Shown piece by piece: positions 9,309 through 18,685 of a stretch of DNA of 39,835 nucleotides. This DNA comes from a virus (Duplodnaviria > Caudoviricetes). The stretch's first letter is position 1. Each line of letters starts with the position of its first letter. A program made the position numbers and the translations under genes. The DNA is taken from IMG/VR virus record IMGVR_UViG_3300033551_000015, positions 1-39,835 of that record; one strand, 5' to 3'. Under the pieces are notes generated by a model, which saw nothing but the letters and a program-made list of their open reading frames with translations, searched no databases and had not been told where the DNA came from.

Positions 9309-10910
9309 TCACTGATCACTGGTGTCGTGCAGCTTGTTCGCCTTGTCGTGAATGATCGTTACGTGAACGACGCGCTTCTTGTTCGAAACACCGTCGATGG
9401 CTGCGTCATGCTCCACCTTGTCGACACGGTATCGCGTCGATCGCGGAAGCAGAACCTCTCGCTCGTGCGAGTGAAGCGAAGGGACCGGCGCGGCCGGATA
9501 GCCCTTCGGTATCGAAACGAACATGATCGTGTCCTTGTGAGAGAACGACGAGCCAAGAGACATCGACGAGGAGCTGAATCCGTGATCAGTGAACTCGTCA
9601 CCTGGCTTGATCTTGTCGAGACCCGACTTCGCGCCATTGAGGCCGCGGAACGTCATCATGTCGGTCGGGGCCGGAGACTTCTTCAGAGCGCCGTCGATGT
9701 TCCTGACATTCGGCGACTTCGTCGCACCGAGCCCCTTGTTCGCTCTGAGGGACGCGTTCATGCTCTTGAAGCCGGATCCAGTGTAGGACAGAACGGCCGA
9801 CTTCTGTTCATCCGTCAACTTCGACGCGAACTCTTCGCGAGCCTCCTTGAAGCTCTTGCCGAACACCTTCTTGCTGTGTGACTCCCCCTTCGGCGTCGGG
9901 TTTGAGATCGTAGCGCCGTACGTGATGTTCTTCGCCTCGGAGAGGATCTTCTCCTTCCACTTCGCGGTGTCTGCGTCGATCGCCTTCATGTTCGGCTTCG
10001 GCAAACCGAATTCCGCGCCAACAGACTTCATCTTCGTCTGCTCCGCACTCTGCTTCGCCTGCTTCGTCAGCTCGTGATCGGCACCCGCGGCTTTCTCCAC
10101 CTTCTTCGCAGCGAGATGCGCCTTCTTGCTGGCGATTGCCGCCTCCAGCTCGTGCGCCTTCTTCTCAGCCGGATCTGTCGCCGACTCCGCCTTCTTGACA
10201 GCTTCCGCGTGCTTCTTCTCCCAGAACTTCGCGCGAGCCGCGTATCGCTTCGCGGTCTTCTCGGCGGTCGGTTCGAGCTTCTTGACTTGAGCAGACTTGG
10301 GGATGGTCGTCTTCCACGCGTCCTGATCGGCCTTCTTCTGCTCGGCGATCTTCATCTCGCTCTTGATCTCAGTCTTCAGCTTCTCCTTGTCGATCGACTT
10401 AGACTTGTCGCTCCACGACTTCGGGTCCGGCGTCTTCGGTGCTTGACCAAAGGTCTTCATCGACCGATTGGAGATCTGCTCGAGATGCACCTGTGACGCC
10501 TTCGCCATCGGGTGATCAGTGCCGACAGCCTTGACCACCTTCATGTGCGCCTGGACGGCCTTCTTGTTCGCGGCATACGCGGCCGCGAGGTGAGTCTGTC
10601 GCTCGACCTCTGTCGACGCGTTCTTCGCCTTAGCGTGATGCTCCGCGGACTTCTTGTTCCAGAACTTGGTCCGCGCCGCGTATCGCTTCGCCGTCTTCTC
10701 GGACTTCGCGTCAGCGCCGATCGAGCCCGATCCTCCGCCCGGTGTTGCTGAAGACGCGTGAGCTGTCTTCGGCGCAGAGGTTCCACCCGCGGACTTGACG
10801 ATCTGCGACTTCTCCTTAACCGGAGCTGCACCGATGCGTCCACCACCGGGCGCGAACTGACCGCCGAGACGCTTCTCGATGATCTTCGCAGCCTTTGAAG
10901 CTCTACCCAT
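9309..10910 (-). CDS. Lys/Ala-rich protein with C-terminal VIP2-like ADP-ribosyltransferase domain
   Basis: YTGSGFKSMNASLR, TFRG, FTDHGFSSSS, EREVLLPR give the R-S-ExE signature. Confidence 0.85.
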   Translation of the reverse strand: MGRASKAAKIIEKRLGGQFAPGGGRIGAAPVKEKSQIVKSAGGTSAPKTAHASSATPGGGSGSIGADAKSEKTAKRYAARTKFWNKKSAEHHAKAKNASTEVERQTHLAAAYAANKKAVQAHMKVVKAVGTDHPMAKASQVHLEQISNRSMKTFGQAPKTPDPKSWSDKSKSIDKEKLKTEIKSEMKIAEQKKADQDAWKTTIPKSAQVKKLEPTAEKTAKRYAARAKFWEKKHAEAVKKAESATDPAEKKAHELEAAIASKKAHLAAKKVEKAAGADHELTKQAKQSAEQTKMKSVGAEFGLPKPNMKAIDADTAKWKEKILSEAKNITYGATISNPTPKGESHSKKVFGKSFKEAREEFASKLTDEQKSAVLSYTGSGFKSMNASLRANKGLGATKSPNVRNIDGALKKSPAPTDMMTFRGLNGAKSGLDKIKPGDEFTDHGFSSSSMSLGSSFSHKDTIMFVSIPKGYPAAPVPSLHSHEREVLLPRSTRYRVDKVEHDAAIDGVSNKKRVVHVTIIHDKANKLHDTSDQ

Positions 10911-10921
10911 CTAAGGTGACC

Positions 10922-11833
10922 TCACATGTTGACGCCGAGCGCGCCGGTTGCGGATCCGACGAGACCTCGGATTGCGTGGACCCACGCGAGCGCGTCGCCG
11001 CCTTTCGACTCGGCGGTCTTGAGCGCCTGAGTCAGAGCATTCTCATCCGCCTTGGACTTCGCGAGCTTGATCTTGTGCTCGTAGTCCGCGCTCTTCTTCG
11101 CCCAGAACTTGGCTCGAGCCTCAGCCTGAGACTTGACCTTCTCGCGTTGCTTCTCGTCCATGACGGACGCCTTCTGCTTCGCGCGCTCGACCCTGTCGTT
11201 CCACGCCTTCTCGTCCCGACCCTTCATCCGCTCGTCGCGATCGGTGAGTCGCTTCTGCTCGCGAGCAGCTCGGTCAGCCTTCTGCTTCTCGTGTCGCTCG
11301 CCGCGCTCCTTGCGATCGTTGTCGTGACGCTCGGAGCGAGCGCGCTTCTCTCCCCATTCCCTCTCCTCTCGCTTCGCCGACTCGTCGTGCTTCTTGCCGA
11401 CGGATCTGTCCGCGTGTCCGCGAGCGCGACGCGTGACGGCATGGTCGCTGCCGAGGGTCTTCTCGACCTTCGCGGCCGCCTCGTGCGACTTCTTGGACGC
11501 CTTCTTCGCCTGCGCAGCGAATGCCTCGCGCTCGAGATGCGTCGCCGCATTCTTCGACTTCTCGCGAAGCTCGTCAGCCTTGCGACTCCACTGCTCGGCT
11601 CGAGTCGCGTGCTTCTTCGCAAACTTCTCCCGTCGAGCTTTATCCGCCGGAGCCGACTTCGACGGCATCTTGCCAGAGGCTTGCGGAGAACCGCGACCGA
11701 CGCGACCCTTCTTCGCCTTCTCCCTCGCCGTCTTGCCGACGCGTCCTCCACCCTTGGCGAACTGACCACCCTGAGGAGCTTCCTTGGCTCCACCAGCACG
11801 ACGGCGAGATCCACCTGATCTTCCTCGAGCCAT
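10922..11833 (-). CDS. basic helical protein, paralogue of ART and zeta protein N-termini
   Basis: Start MARGRSGG overlaps MuF stop (TAATG); GGQFAKGGGR, KVEKTLGSDH and RAKFWAKK motifs. Confidence 0.7.
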   Translation of the reverse strand: MARGRSGGSRRRAGGAKEAPQGGQFAKGGGRVGKTAREKAKKGRVGRGSPQASGKMPSKSAPADKARREKFAKKHATRAEQWSRKADELREKSKNAATHLEREAFAAQAKKASKKSHEAAAKVEKTLGSDHAVTRRARGHADRSVGKKHDESAKREEREWGEKRARSERHDNDRKERGERHEKQKADRAAREQKRLTDRDERMKGRDEKAWNDRVERAKQKASVMDEKQREKVKSQAEARAKFWAKKSADYEHKIKLAKSKADENALTQALKTAESKGGDALAWVHAIRGLVGSATGALGVNM

Positions 11834-12723
11834 TACACGCGTCCCTTCGGCGAGCCCCACGACTTGCGCCACGGGACCAGCGAGCATCGGTCGTTCGGGT
11901 GAATCGGCGGACCCTGGACTCCACCCATGAAAACAGCGTTGAGCGGCAGGACGACCTCGTCCAGTGAGGCGCAGACGCGACACACTCGCTTGTCGTTCGC
12001 GGCGTCCCACATCTTGAGCCACCCCGGATCGTCCTCGTTGGCGATGCGGAGGGACTCGAGCTGCGACTCGGTGTATGCGTTGACCAGCTCGGTGCGAACG
12101 AGCCGCTCTGCGTCCGAGCGCGAGCGGAATAGGTTCTTGTCGGCGATGGCGTCGGCGATCGCCGTGGGTCCCTTCTTGCTGAGGGCGATCGCGCGACCAG
12201 CTCCGAGGATGCGCGTGGTCAGCTCGCCGACCGTCTCACCCTTGATCACGCCGACCGCGAGCTCGTTCCTGATCCTGCGACCCACGGCGTCGGCGTATCT
12301 GTCCGACTTCGACTGGAAGCGACCAATCATGGTTCGCTTCATGTTGGTCAGCACTTTCGCGACAGGAATGTTCAGCGTCCCAACTGCCCCGCTAAACTTC
12401 TTCTCGCCCTTGTTGACCATCGTCTCGAGCTTCTTGGCGCCGACCTTCGTCGCCTTGGTCGCGCCCTTCCCGAGTTCCTTCATGGTCGCAGAAGGAAGCT
12501 CCTCCTCGGCGATGGCGATGACGTCGTTCAGCTGTGCGAGCAGAGCGCGATGCTTGTGGAGGCTGTACTCGCTGCTCGCCTGCTCGCCCTTGAGGAACTT
12601 GTGAAGCGCACGAGCAGTCTTCTCCCGGAGCTCGTAGAGCTTCGGCATGATCTCGCGAAGCTCGGGATCACTGAGGGTGATCACGGCCTTGCGATTCTCC
12701 TTGACTGCGTCGCGGAACGACAT
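11833..12723 (-). CDS. MuF / SPP1 gp7-like minor head protein
   Basis: AERLVRTE, WDAANDKRVCRVC, PPIHPNDRC motifs. Confidence 0.85.
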   Translation of the reverse strand: MSFRDAVKENRKAVITLSDPELREIMPKLYELREKTARALHKFLKGEQASSEYSLHKHRALLAQLNDVIAIAEEELPSATMKELGKGATKATKVGAKKLETMVNKGEKKFSGAVGTLNIPVAKVLTNMKRTMIGRFQSKSDRYADAVGRRIRNELAVGVIKGETVGELTTRILGAGRAIALSKKGPTAIADAIADKNLFRSRSDAERLVRTELVNAYTESQLESLRIANEDDPGWLKMWDAANDKRVCRVCASLDEVVLPLNAVFMGGVQGPPIHPNDRCSLVPWRKSWGSPKGRV

Positions 12724-12725
12724 CT

Positions 12726-13049
12726 TTACTTCTTCGACAGGACCTTGCGGAGCTTGACGAGTCGCTTGGACTTCCCGGGCGACTTCGCCTTGGGCTTCTC
12801 CCGCCCGGTGGTCGCGTACTTGTCGAGGTAGCTCTTCTTCAGTCGGCCCTCGTACTTCTCCTCGGGCTCACCGTCCAGCTCCGTCGGCACGTGGAGCGAC
12901 TGACCTGGTGCGAGCTTAGACCACTCCTCCTCGATCTCGTCGCGGTACTCGAGCATCTCCTCGTCGTACTCGAGGATGCTGTCCTCGACGGAGATCTCGC
13001 CGGCGACGTCGTAGATGATGCGCTGCTGAACGTGACCGCTGATGCTCAT
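12726..13049 (-). CDS. small protein with acidic core, possible partner of zeta-like kinase
   Basis: 107 aa, EYDEEMLEYRDEIEEEW core and basic tail; AAGGAG RBS. Confidence 0.55.
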   Translation of the reverse strand: MSISGHVQQRIIYDVAGEISVEDSILEYDEEMLEYRDEIEEEWSKLAPGQSLHVPTELDGEPEEKYEGRLKKSYLDKYATTGREKPKAKSPGKSKRLVKLRKVLSKK

Positions 13050-13059
13050 GTGATCTCCT

Positions 13060-14814
13060 TCACGGGCTAAAGCCGCCGCCCGAGCCCCATCCGGTGCTCA
13101 TCGCGAGAAGCGCTGCGACGCTTGACTTCTTCTTCTTCTTCTTCCTCTTCGGCACAGTGTGATCCTTGCTCTTCGACTGGCCGATGAGTTTGGAGCCGCT
13201 CTCCTGGAGCTTCGGGGACTGCTTCGGCTTCTTCGACTTCTTCTCCTTGAAGCTCGGCGCGGACCCGCGCTTGACAAACGCGTCCCAGTGCTCCTGACTG
13301 TGGATCTTGAGACCGCCCTCCTTCGTGTACGACGCGACCTTCGTCGGCGGCCGACCGAACGGCTGACTGTTGTCGTGCAGCGTGAACTCGTCGAAGACGC
13401 CGCGCTTGATGCCCTCTTGAACCGTGCGGCTGACGTCGCGGTGAGCGTCGCGAATGTACTGCTCCGGAACAACGCGACCGTAGGAGTCGCTCTTCGGGTC
13501 GGCGGCGCGAGCGTTCGAGCGCTTGACCGCTTCCTCCACGTCGACGGTCGCGTAGCTGGCGACGACACGCTTCGCTCCGTTCTCCCTCCAGGTGTTAATC
13601 CGCTTCTCGAGGTTGTCGATGCCGTTGTCGCCAACGGTGTCGAACACGACGTCGTGTCCACCGTTGAGCGCCTTGTGAGCGGTCTCCTTCGCCATATGTG
13701 AGGACTCCTCGTGAGCGAACGCAGCGGCTCGGTCGTCCTTCGCCTTCTTGCCAGCCTCGTACTCGGGGATGTGCTCCTTGGCTCCGTCCGCGTTCACGTG
13801 AGCAGCCTTGCTCGCGCCAGGGATGGCTAGCTCCGGGTTCCTGAGCAGAGCCGACGACTTGCCGGACGCAGGGCCTCCGCCGGTCATGTAGACGGTCGGC
13901 GCCTCGTGCTTCGGGAGGTCCTTCGTGATGACGCTCTCCTCGTAGGCTTTGTGGACCCTGTTGACGCGGTCCTTGTCCCATCCGTTCGCGGTCTTGAAAC
14001 GCTCCTCAGTGTCCTTGTGACCTCGCGATTCTCCCTGCCACTCTGGCGCCTTCGCCGCCTTCTTCGCGAACTTCTCGGCGGTCTTCTGGTAGTGAGCTTC
14101 CTTGCCGCCTCGAGCTGTGTGAACCGTGCCGTCGGCTCGAGTCACCGTGGTGAAGGAGCCGTACTGATCTTTCCCGCGTGTGATCTTGTCGCCCGGCTGA
14201 TGCGCGAACTTCTCCGGCTTCGGCTTCTTCTCCTTGGCCGCCTCGAGTTTCGTGCCGAGCATGGGGTCGCCCTTGATGAACTCTGACCTCTTCAACGCAG
14301 CCTTCTTGCTCGCGGCCGTCCCGTGCGTGATCCTCGCCATCGCAGAGTTGTGACCGTCGGCGGCCTTGATCGCCGCCTTCGCGTCGAAGCCGCCTCCGGC
14401 CTTCAGCATGTGACCGTGGGACTGCTTCGCTAGCGGATGGCTCTCGCCAACCGCCTTCACGACCTTGGCGTGAGCGACTCGAGCCTTCTTGGCGGCGAGC
14501 GCCTCGGCGACTCCACGCTCCGCACCGGACAGCTTGCTCGCCTCAGCGTGCTTCTTCTCCCAGAACTTCGCGCGCTGAGTGTAGCGCCTCGCAGTCTTGA
14601 GGCTCTTCTCGTCGGGAGCACCTCCTCCGCCTCCACCACCGGATCCTCCGCCTCCGCCGCTCTTCTTGACGATCGCCTCCTTCGCCTTCGCGATGCGCTC
14701 CTGACGAGCGAGCTTCGCCTTCGACGGTCCCGCCGTGATGCGACCTCCACCCGGTGCGAACTGACCGCCGAGGCGACGCTCGATGATCTTGCCAGCGCGA
14801 CCACGCTTGCCCAT
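13060..14814 (-). CDS. Lys/Ala-rich protein with zeta-toxin-like P-loop kinase domain
   Basis: MTGGGPASGKS, VNAD, HEES, DVVFDT, GRVVP motifs. Confidence 0.8.
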   Translation of the reverse strand: MGKRGRAGKIIERRLGGQFAPGGGRITAGPSKAKLARQERIAKAKEAIVKKSGGGGGSGGGGGGGAPDEKSLKTARRYTQRAKFWEKKHAEASKLSGAERGVAEALAAKKARVAHAKVVKAVGESHPLAKQSHGHMLKAGGGFDAKAAIKAADGHNSAMARITHGTAASKKAALKRSEFIKGDPMLGTKLEAAKEKKPKPEKFAHQPGDKITRGKDQYGSFTTVTRADGTVHTARGGKEAHYQKTAEKFAKKAAKAPEWQGESRGHKDTEERFKTANGWDKDRVNRVHKAYEESVITKDLPKHEAPTVYMTGGGPASGKSSALLRNPELAIPGASKAAHVNADGAKEHIPEYEAGKKAKDDRAAAFAHEESSHMAKETAHKALNGGHDVVFDTVGDNGIDNLEKRINTWRENGAKRVVASYATVDVEEAVKRSNARAADPKSDSYGRVVPEQYIRDAHRDVSRTVQEGIKRGVFDEFTLHDNSQPFGRPPTKVASYTKEGGLKIHSQEHWDAFVKRGSAPSFKEKKSKKPKQSPKLQESGSKLIGQSKSKDHTVPKRKKKKKKSSVAALLAMSTGWGSGGGFSP

Positions 14815-14815
14815 T

Positions 14816-16771
14816 TCACTTGCCTCCCTTTGCGAACGGATTCTTGCCCTTCTTTGAAGGCGGAGCCTCCTCGTCCTCGGCGAGCTCCTCGTCCATCTGC
14901 TCCTCGGTCAGCTCGTCAGGCTCGTCGGGGTCGTCCTCGGCAAACGGATCCTCCTCGGCCATCGGGTCCGGCTCGGGCATCATGAACTGGTCCTGCGTGA
15001 TCGCGGACTTCAGCTCCTCCTTGATCTTCTCCTTCGTCTCGGACGACGCGTTGTCGCCGAGGTGCGCGGAGGCGAGGGCGAACTTCTGCTCGATCTGGTA
15101 CGTCGCGGACGGGATGTCCAGACCCTCGACCATGACGGACTGGTTGATGAGCGCCTCAGCGTCGGTGACGTTGAAGTGCTGATAGCCGATCAGCTCGGGC
15201 GGCTCCTCGTCCATGCCGCGACCAGCCGCGAGCAACTCGGCGAGCGCGTTCGCCATGGTGACGAGTTGCTTGCCGATCGCGCCGAGCACGATCTCCTGCG
15301 CGACGCTGTCCTGGCGCTTGGAGTCGGCGGAGCGGCGAAGCATGGCGCCGGACGTGTCCTGCGCGAGCGCCATCTGCGCGACCACGCGAAGGATCGCGTC
15401 GCGAAGGTCCTGCAGAGCATTGCGACCGACGTCGGCTCCCTGCATGTTGGGACCCACGAACTCAGCGCGGTCCTCGTTGCCGCGAACGTGAACCTCACCA
15501 GGTGATCGAGTGCGCTTCGCTCGGTTCGGGTCCTGCTGCGACTCGCTGACGACGGTGTCGATGCCGGCGATCTCGGGACCGAGGAACTCATACAGCTGCT
15601 GATAGTTGAACTGCGACCACTGGAACGACTCGCCGTTCTGTCGATTGAAGTACGCGCGACACAGCGACTCGATGATGTCGCCGACGTGGAGATGCGAGCC
15701 GTCCTTCTGGCAGAGGCTCAGGCGAACCCACGGCACGCGACCGAAGGAGTGCGATCCTGTCTGCCTCGGTAGGATCACAGTCTCCTCGCCTGGCATCGGC
15801 TGATCGCGACGCTCCTCGACGACGTACTTGATCCACTCGGTGTCGGTCCAGATGGTCCAGGTGTGAACCTTCGTGTCGCGAGGCTTCGTGAAGTCCGCTC
15901 CAGGAGTGTCGCACGTGTACGTACGGACCCAGAGGAACTTCCCGTTCTCCTCCTCCCAGTCCGTCACGCACTCCGTCCCCCACGAGATGACGTAGGCACG
16001 TAGCGACCCGTCGTCCTCCTGCTCCTTGAGTGACGACGGTGGGGGAGCGTCTAGGTCCTCGGCCGGTAGATCGGCCTGGAGCCACGACCATCCGCAGACG
16101 AGAGCCTCGACTCCAGCATCGCGAGTCACCTTGTCGAACGAGCGCCGATTCGAGCCGTCGTCGGACAGCGCGGTCGCGTTGTCCATCAACTCCTTCCAGT
16201 ACTCGTCGACCTCCTTCTCGACCTCCTCGACCTCCTCGACCTCCTCGACCTCCTCGATCGGGTCGTCGTCCACCTCGTAGTCGAGCGACTCGTCCTCTTC
16301 GCCGGACAACTCGTCCAACTCGACGGCGTCCTCGCCCTCCATCGCGGCTAACTCGGCCTCGGCCTCGGCGATGAGGTTCTTGGCACCCTCCTTCGAGGAC
16401 TTGACCTTCTCCTCGGTCTGGACGTTGATGCGGATCGGGTCCTGCGCGAGGCCAGCGCTGATCTGGTTGATCACCAGTGCGAAGATGTTCTCGTAGTACG
16501 CGCGCCTCTTGCGCTCGGCGTACACACCGGGCTTCTCGTGCGTGTACTTCGGGAACACGTTGTCGAGAATGGCGTCGTTACCGAGAAGGTGCTGACCTCC
16601 CCGGTACAGAGCCTTGAGCGTCTTCACCTGCGCGAGGTTCAGCGACGGATGGCACTGACGAAGGCGCTTCAGCTGGATGCCGCGCTGATCCTGCCCGGTG
16701 GTTCCGGGTCCTGGTGACGGACCCTGCTGAACCTGGCCGAGCATCGGCGGTTGATTGTTCCCGTATTCCAT
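14816..16771 (-). CDS. portal protein
   Basis: 651 aa between terminase and MuF; LYRGG, HSFGRVPWV, SADSKRQD; start MEYGNN with GAGG RBS. Confidence 0.75.
   Translation of the reverse strand: MEYGNNQPPMLGQVQQGPSPGPGTTGQDQRGIQLKRLRQCHPSLNLAQVKTLKALYRGGQHLLGNDAILDNVFPKYTHEKPGVYAERKRRAYYENIFALVINQISAGLAQDPIRINVQTEEKVKSSKEGAKNLIAEAEAELAAMEGEDAVELDELSGEEDESLDYEVDDDPIEEVEEVEEVEEVEKEVDEYWKELMDNATALSDDGSNRRSFDKVTRDAGVEALVCGWSWLQADLPAEDLDAPPPSSLKEQEDDGSLRAYVISWGTECVTDWEEENGKFLWVRTYTCDTPGADFTKPRDTKVHTWTIWTDTEWIKYVVEERRDQPMPGEETVILPRQTGSHSFGRVPWVRLSLCQKDGSHLHVGDIIESLCRAYFNRQNGESFQWSQFNYQQLYEFLGPEIAGIDTVVSESQQDPNRAKRTRSPGEVHVRGNEDRAEFVGPNMQGADVGRNALQDLRDAILRVVAQMALAQDTSGAMLRRSADSKRQDSVAQEIVLGAIGKQLVTMANALAELLAAGRGMDEEPPELIGYQHFNVTDAEALINQSVMVEGLDIPSATYQIEQKFALASAHLGDNASSETKEKIKEELKSAITQDQFMMPEPDPMAEEDPFAEDDPDEPDELTEEQMDEELAEDEEAPPSKKGKNPFAKGGK
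16218..16253. repeat. 4 x 9-bp tandem repeat (TCGACCTCC) encoding EEV repeats in portal
   Basis: Read directly; within an acidic insertion. Confidence 0.85.
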
Positions 16772-16791
16772 CGCGGTGATTCCTCGCTGAG

Positions 16792-17244
16792 TTAATCGCG
16801 CAGCGACTCGAGCCGACCGTTGTGAGCGGCGACGCGGATCTGTCCGGCGGTCTGTCGGTCGGGTTGGATCGACTCTGGGATCTTCTCGAGCGGAAGACAG
16901 TGGAGGCGATCGTCGACTACGGTGCAGCGGACGAGCAGCGGAACGTCCTGCCACCATCCCACGAGGTCGGCGTTCGTCGCGCCGATCACGACAGGCTTGT
17001 GGAGCTTGATGTCGCTGGACAGCGGACCGGTTCCCATGTCGAGAAGCAGCTGAAGAATGATGCGCGGACGCGCAACGAAGGCGAAGCCTCCGGACCGAGG
17101 GTCGCGGGAGTACTTCGCCTTCGTCTCGGCGGCTAGGAGCTGGAGCTTGATCCGCGGATCGAGCTTCTGCCGGTCGATCGTGTCCATGCGGTCCACGCCG
17201 ACGACGTCGTCGATCTGTCTCGGTGTTCCCTTGTCGCTGCTCAT
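16792..17244 (-). CDS. hypothetical protein (150 aa)
   Basis: Start MSSDKG with GAGGAG RBS and ATGA overlap. Confidence 0.6.
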   Translation of the reverse strand: MSSDKGTPRQIDDVVGVDRMDTIDRQKLDPRIKLQLLAAETKAKYSRDPRSGGFAFVARPRIILQLLLDMGTGPLSSDIKLHKPVVIGATNADLVGWWQDVPLLVRCTVVDDRLHCLPLEKIPESIQPDRQTAGQIRVAAHNGRLESLRD

Positions 17245-17435
17245 GACTTCTTGCTCCTCAGCACGTGTATCAGCGAGCATCCGTTCCACAGCGTGGCGCC
17301 GAGGTAGATGCCGCTCTTGGTCAGCGCGGTGGTGACCGACGTCAGCGCGAGTATGACGAGCATGACCCAGAATGTGATCACGTCGTCGCGCTTGCTCCAG
17401 CTGAAGTCGACGTACGACCTGCGCTTCCGCTTCAT
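17241..17435 (-). CDS. small membrane protein (64 aa)
   Basis: Basic N-terminus then hydrophobic VITFWVMLVILALTSV; coupled to neighbours. Confidence 0.5.
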   Translation of the reverse strand: MKRKRRSYVDFSWSKRDDVITFWVMLVILALTSVTTALTKSGIYLGATLWNGCSLIHVLRSKKS

Positions 17436-17659
17436 CAGAATCGCTCCAACTGATTGATCCTCTTGACCGCGTTCGCGATCACGTGTCGGCCGAGTTCGGT
17501 GATCGTCACCTCGACGACGTGCGTCCTGCCGACGCGCTTGACCGTCACGTACCCTTGACGTGCGAGCCAAGCTCTCGTGACGCGAGGTACGACGACCTTC
17601 TCGCCTCTGTCGAGCTTCGACAGGACGTTGAACTGAGCCTCGCTGAGAACGTACGGCAT
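17435..17659 (-). CDS. small hypothetical protein, possibly winged-helix
   Basis: LSEAQFNVL...WLARQGYV...ITELGR pattern. Confidence 0.5.
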   Translation of the reverse strand: MPYVLSEAQFNVLSKLDRGEKVVVPRVTRAWLARQGYVTVKRVGRTHVVEVTITELGRHVIANAVKRINQLERF

Positions 17660-17662
17660 CGT

Positions 17663-17980
17663 CTACTTCTGCTCGCGCTGAGCCAGCTCCTTGCGGATGC
17701 GCTCGCGCACCTCGTCGGTAATGACGGTGCTCCCGGGCATCTGCGCGACGGTCCCGTTGACGTCGTTGACGACGATGGTCGCAGTCAGCTCGTGTGCGAC
17801 GAAGTTCGGGGTCGGCTGATCCTCGCCGAAGATCACGTCGGCGATCGGCCCGAGTGTCTCGTCGAGTGTACGCGACGGAAGCGCTTCGTCCGTGGACGAG
17901 AGGATCGCCTCGACGATCGGCTCGACCTTCGCGTCGCTCGTGTCGAACTCGACCCACTTGTGACCGTTCCAGAACCTCAC
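17663..17980 (-). CDS. hypothetical protein
   Basis: 105 aa; overlaps upstream stop. Confidence 0.55.
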   Translation of the reverse strand: MRFWNGHKWVEFDTSDAKVEPIVEAILSSTDEALPSRTLDETLGPIADVIFGEDQPTPNFVAHELTATIVVNDVNGTVAQMPGSTVITDEVRERIRKELAQREQK

Positions 17981-18390
17981 TGCTCACCGCCGACGCAGAA
18001 CGGACACTTGGCGAAGGTGCATCCCACCTTACCGACGAACTTCTCGTGCTCGGCTCGGCCGATCTCGCGGATGCGCTTGATGTCCTCAGCCTCGATCTCC
18101 TCTGGCGTCATGCGACGGACGGGCTCGGTGCGTCGCAGCTTGACGTCCTCGACGACCTGGATGGAGGTCAGCTCGACCTCCTCAACCACGAGGTTGACGG
18201 TGGCGACAGCCTTGCGTCCGTCGACGCGAAGCACGAGGCCGAGGCACGGGAGGCGAACGAGCGTCCCGTCCTCGAGCTTCGCCATGACGCTGATGTCCTG
18301 ACCGCGCGACGGGTGATCGTCGCTCATCAGCTCGGGCTGCGAGCCAGCGCGTCCACCCTTGATGACGATCTGGCAGGACTTAGTCCTCAT
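17977..18390 (-). CDS. hypothetical protein with C-terminal Cys cluster
   Basis: Start MRTKSCQ with AGGAG RBS; ends CTFAKCPFC. Confidence 0.55.
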   Translation of the reverse strand: MRTKSCQIVIKGGRAGSQPELMSDDHPSRGQDISVMAKLEDGTLVRLPCLGLVLRVDGRKAVATVNLVVEEVELTSIQVVEDVKLRRTEPVRRMTPEEIEAEDIKRIREIGRAEHEKFVGKVGCTFAKCPFCVGGEQ

Positions 18391-18469
18391 GAGCAGCTCC
18401 TGACTACAAGCGCCATCGTCCACATGACGACAACCACGATTAGAGCACACGTCATGGACCGACGCTCGC

Positions 18470-18685
18470 TCACCGCTGATCTCCAGCAACCATGTCGGTC
18501 AGGAGCGTCAGCTGCTGTTGGATGTTCGCCAACTCGTGATTGACATGCGACACGATGGACTCGGCGACACAGCGCAGACGAGTGCAGACGTGGCACTTGC
18601 ACGATGCGACGTTGCAGCTGGTCGGAGCCAGCAACGTCTTCGCCCTCACGTCGGCGACCTCGAGGACCGACTCGAGATTGATCAT
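18470..18685 (-). CDS. small Cys-rich hypothetical protein
   Basis: MINLESV...CKCHVC; GGAGG RBS; coupled to terminase stop. Confidence 0.5.
   Translation of the reverse strand: MINLESVLEVADVRAKTLLAPTSCNVASCKCHVCTRLRCVAESIVSHVNHELANIQQQLTLLTDMVAGDQR

Noticed and set aside
17241-17435. Holin
   Set aside because: Hydrophobic, but no endolysin nearby and no family motif
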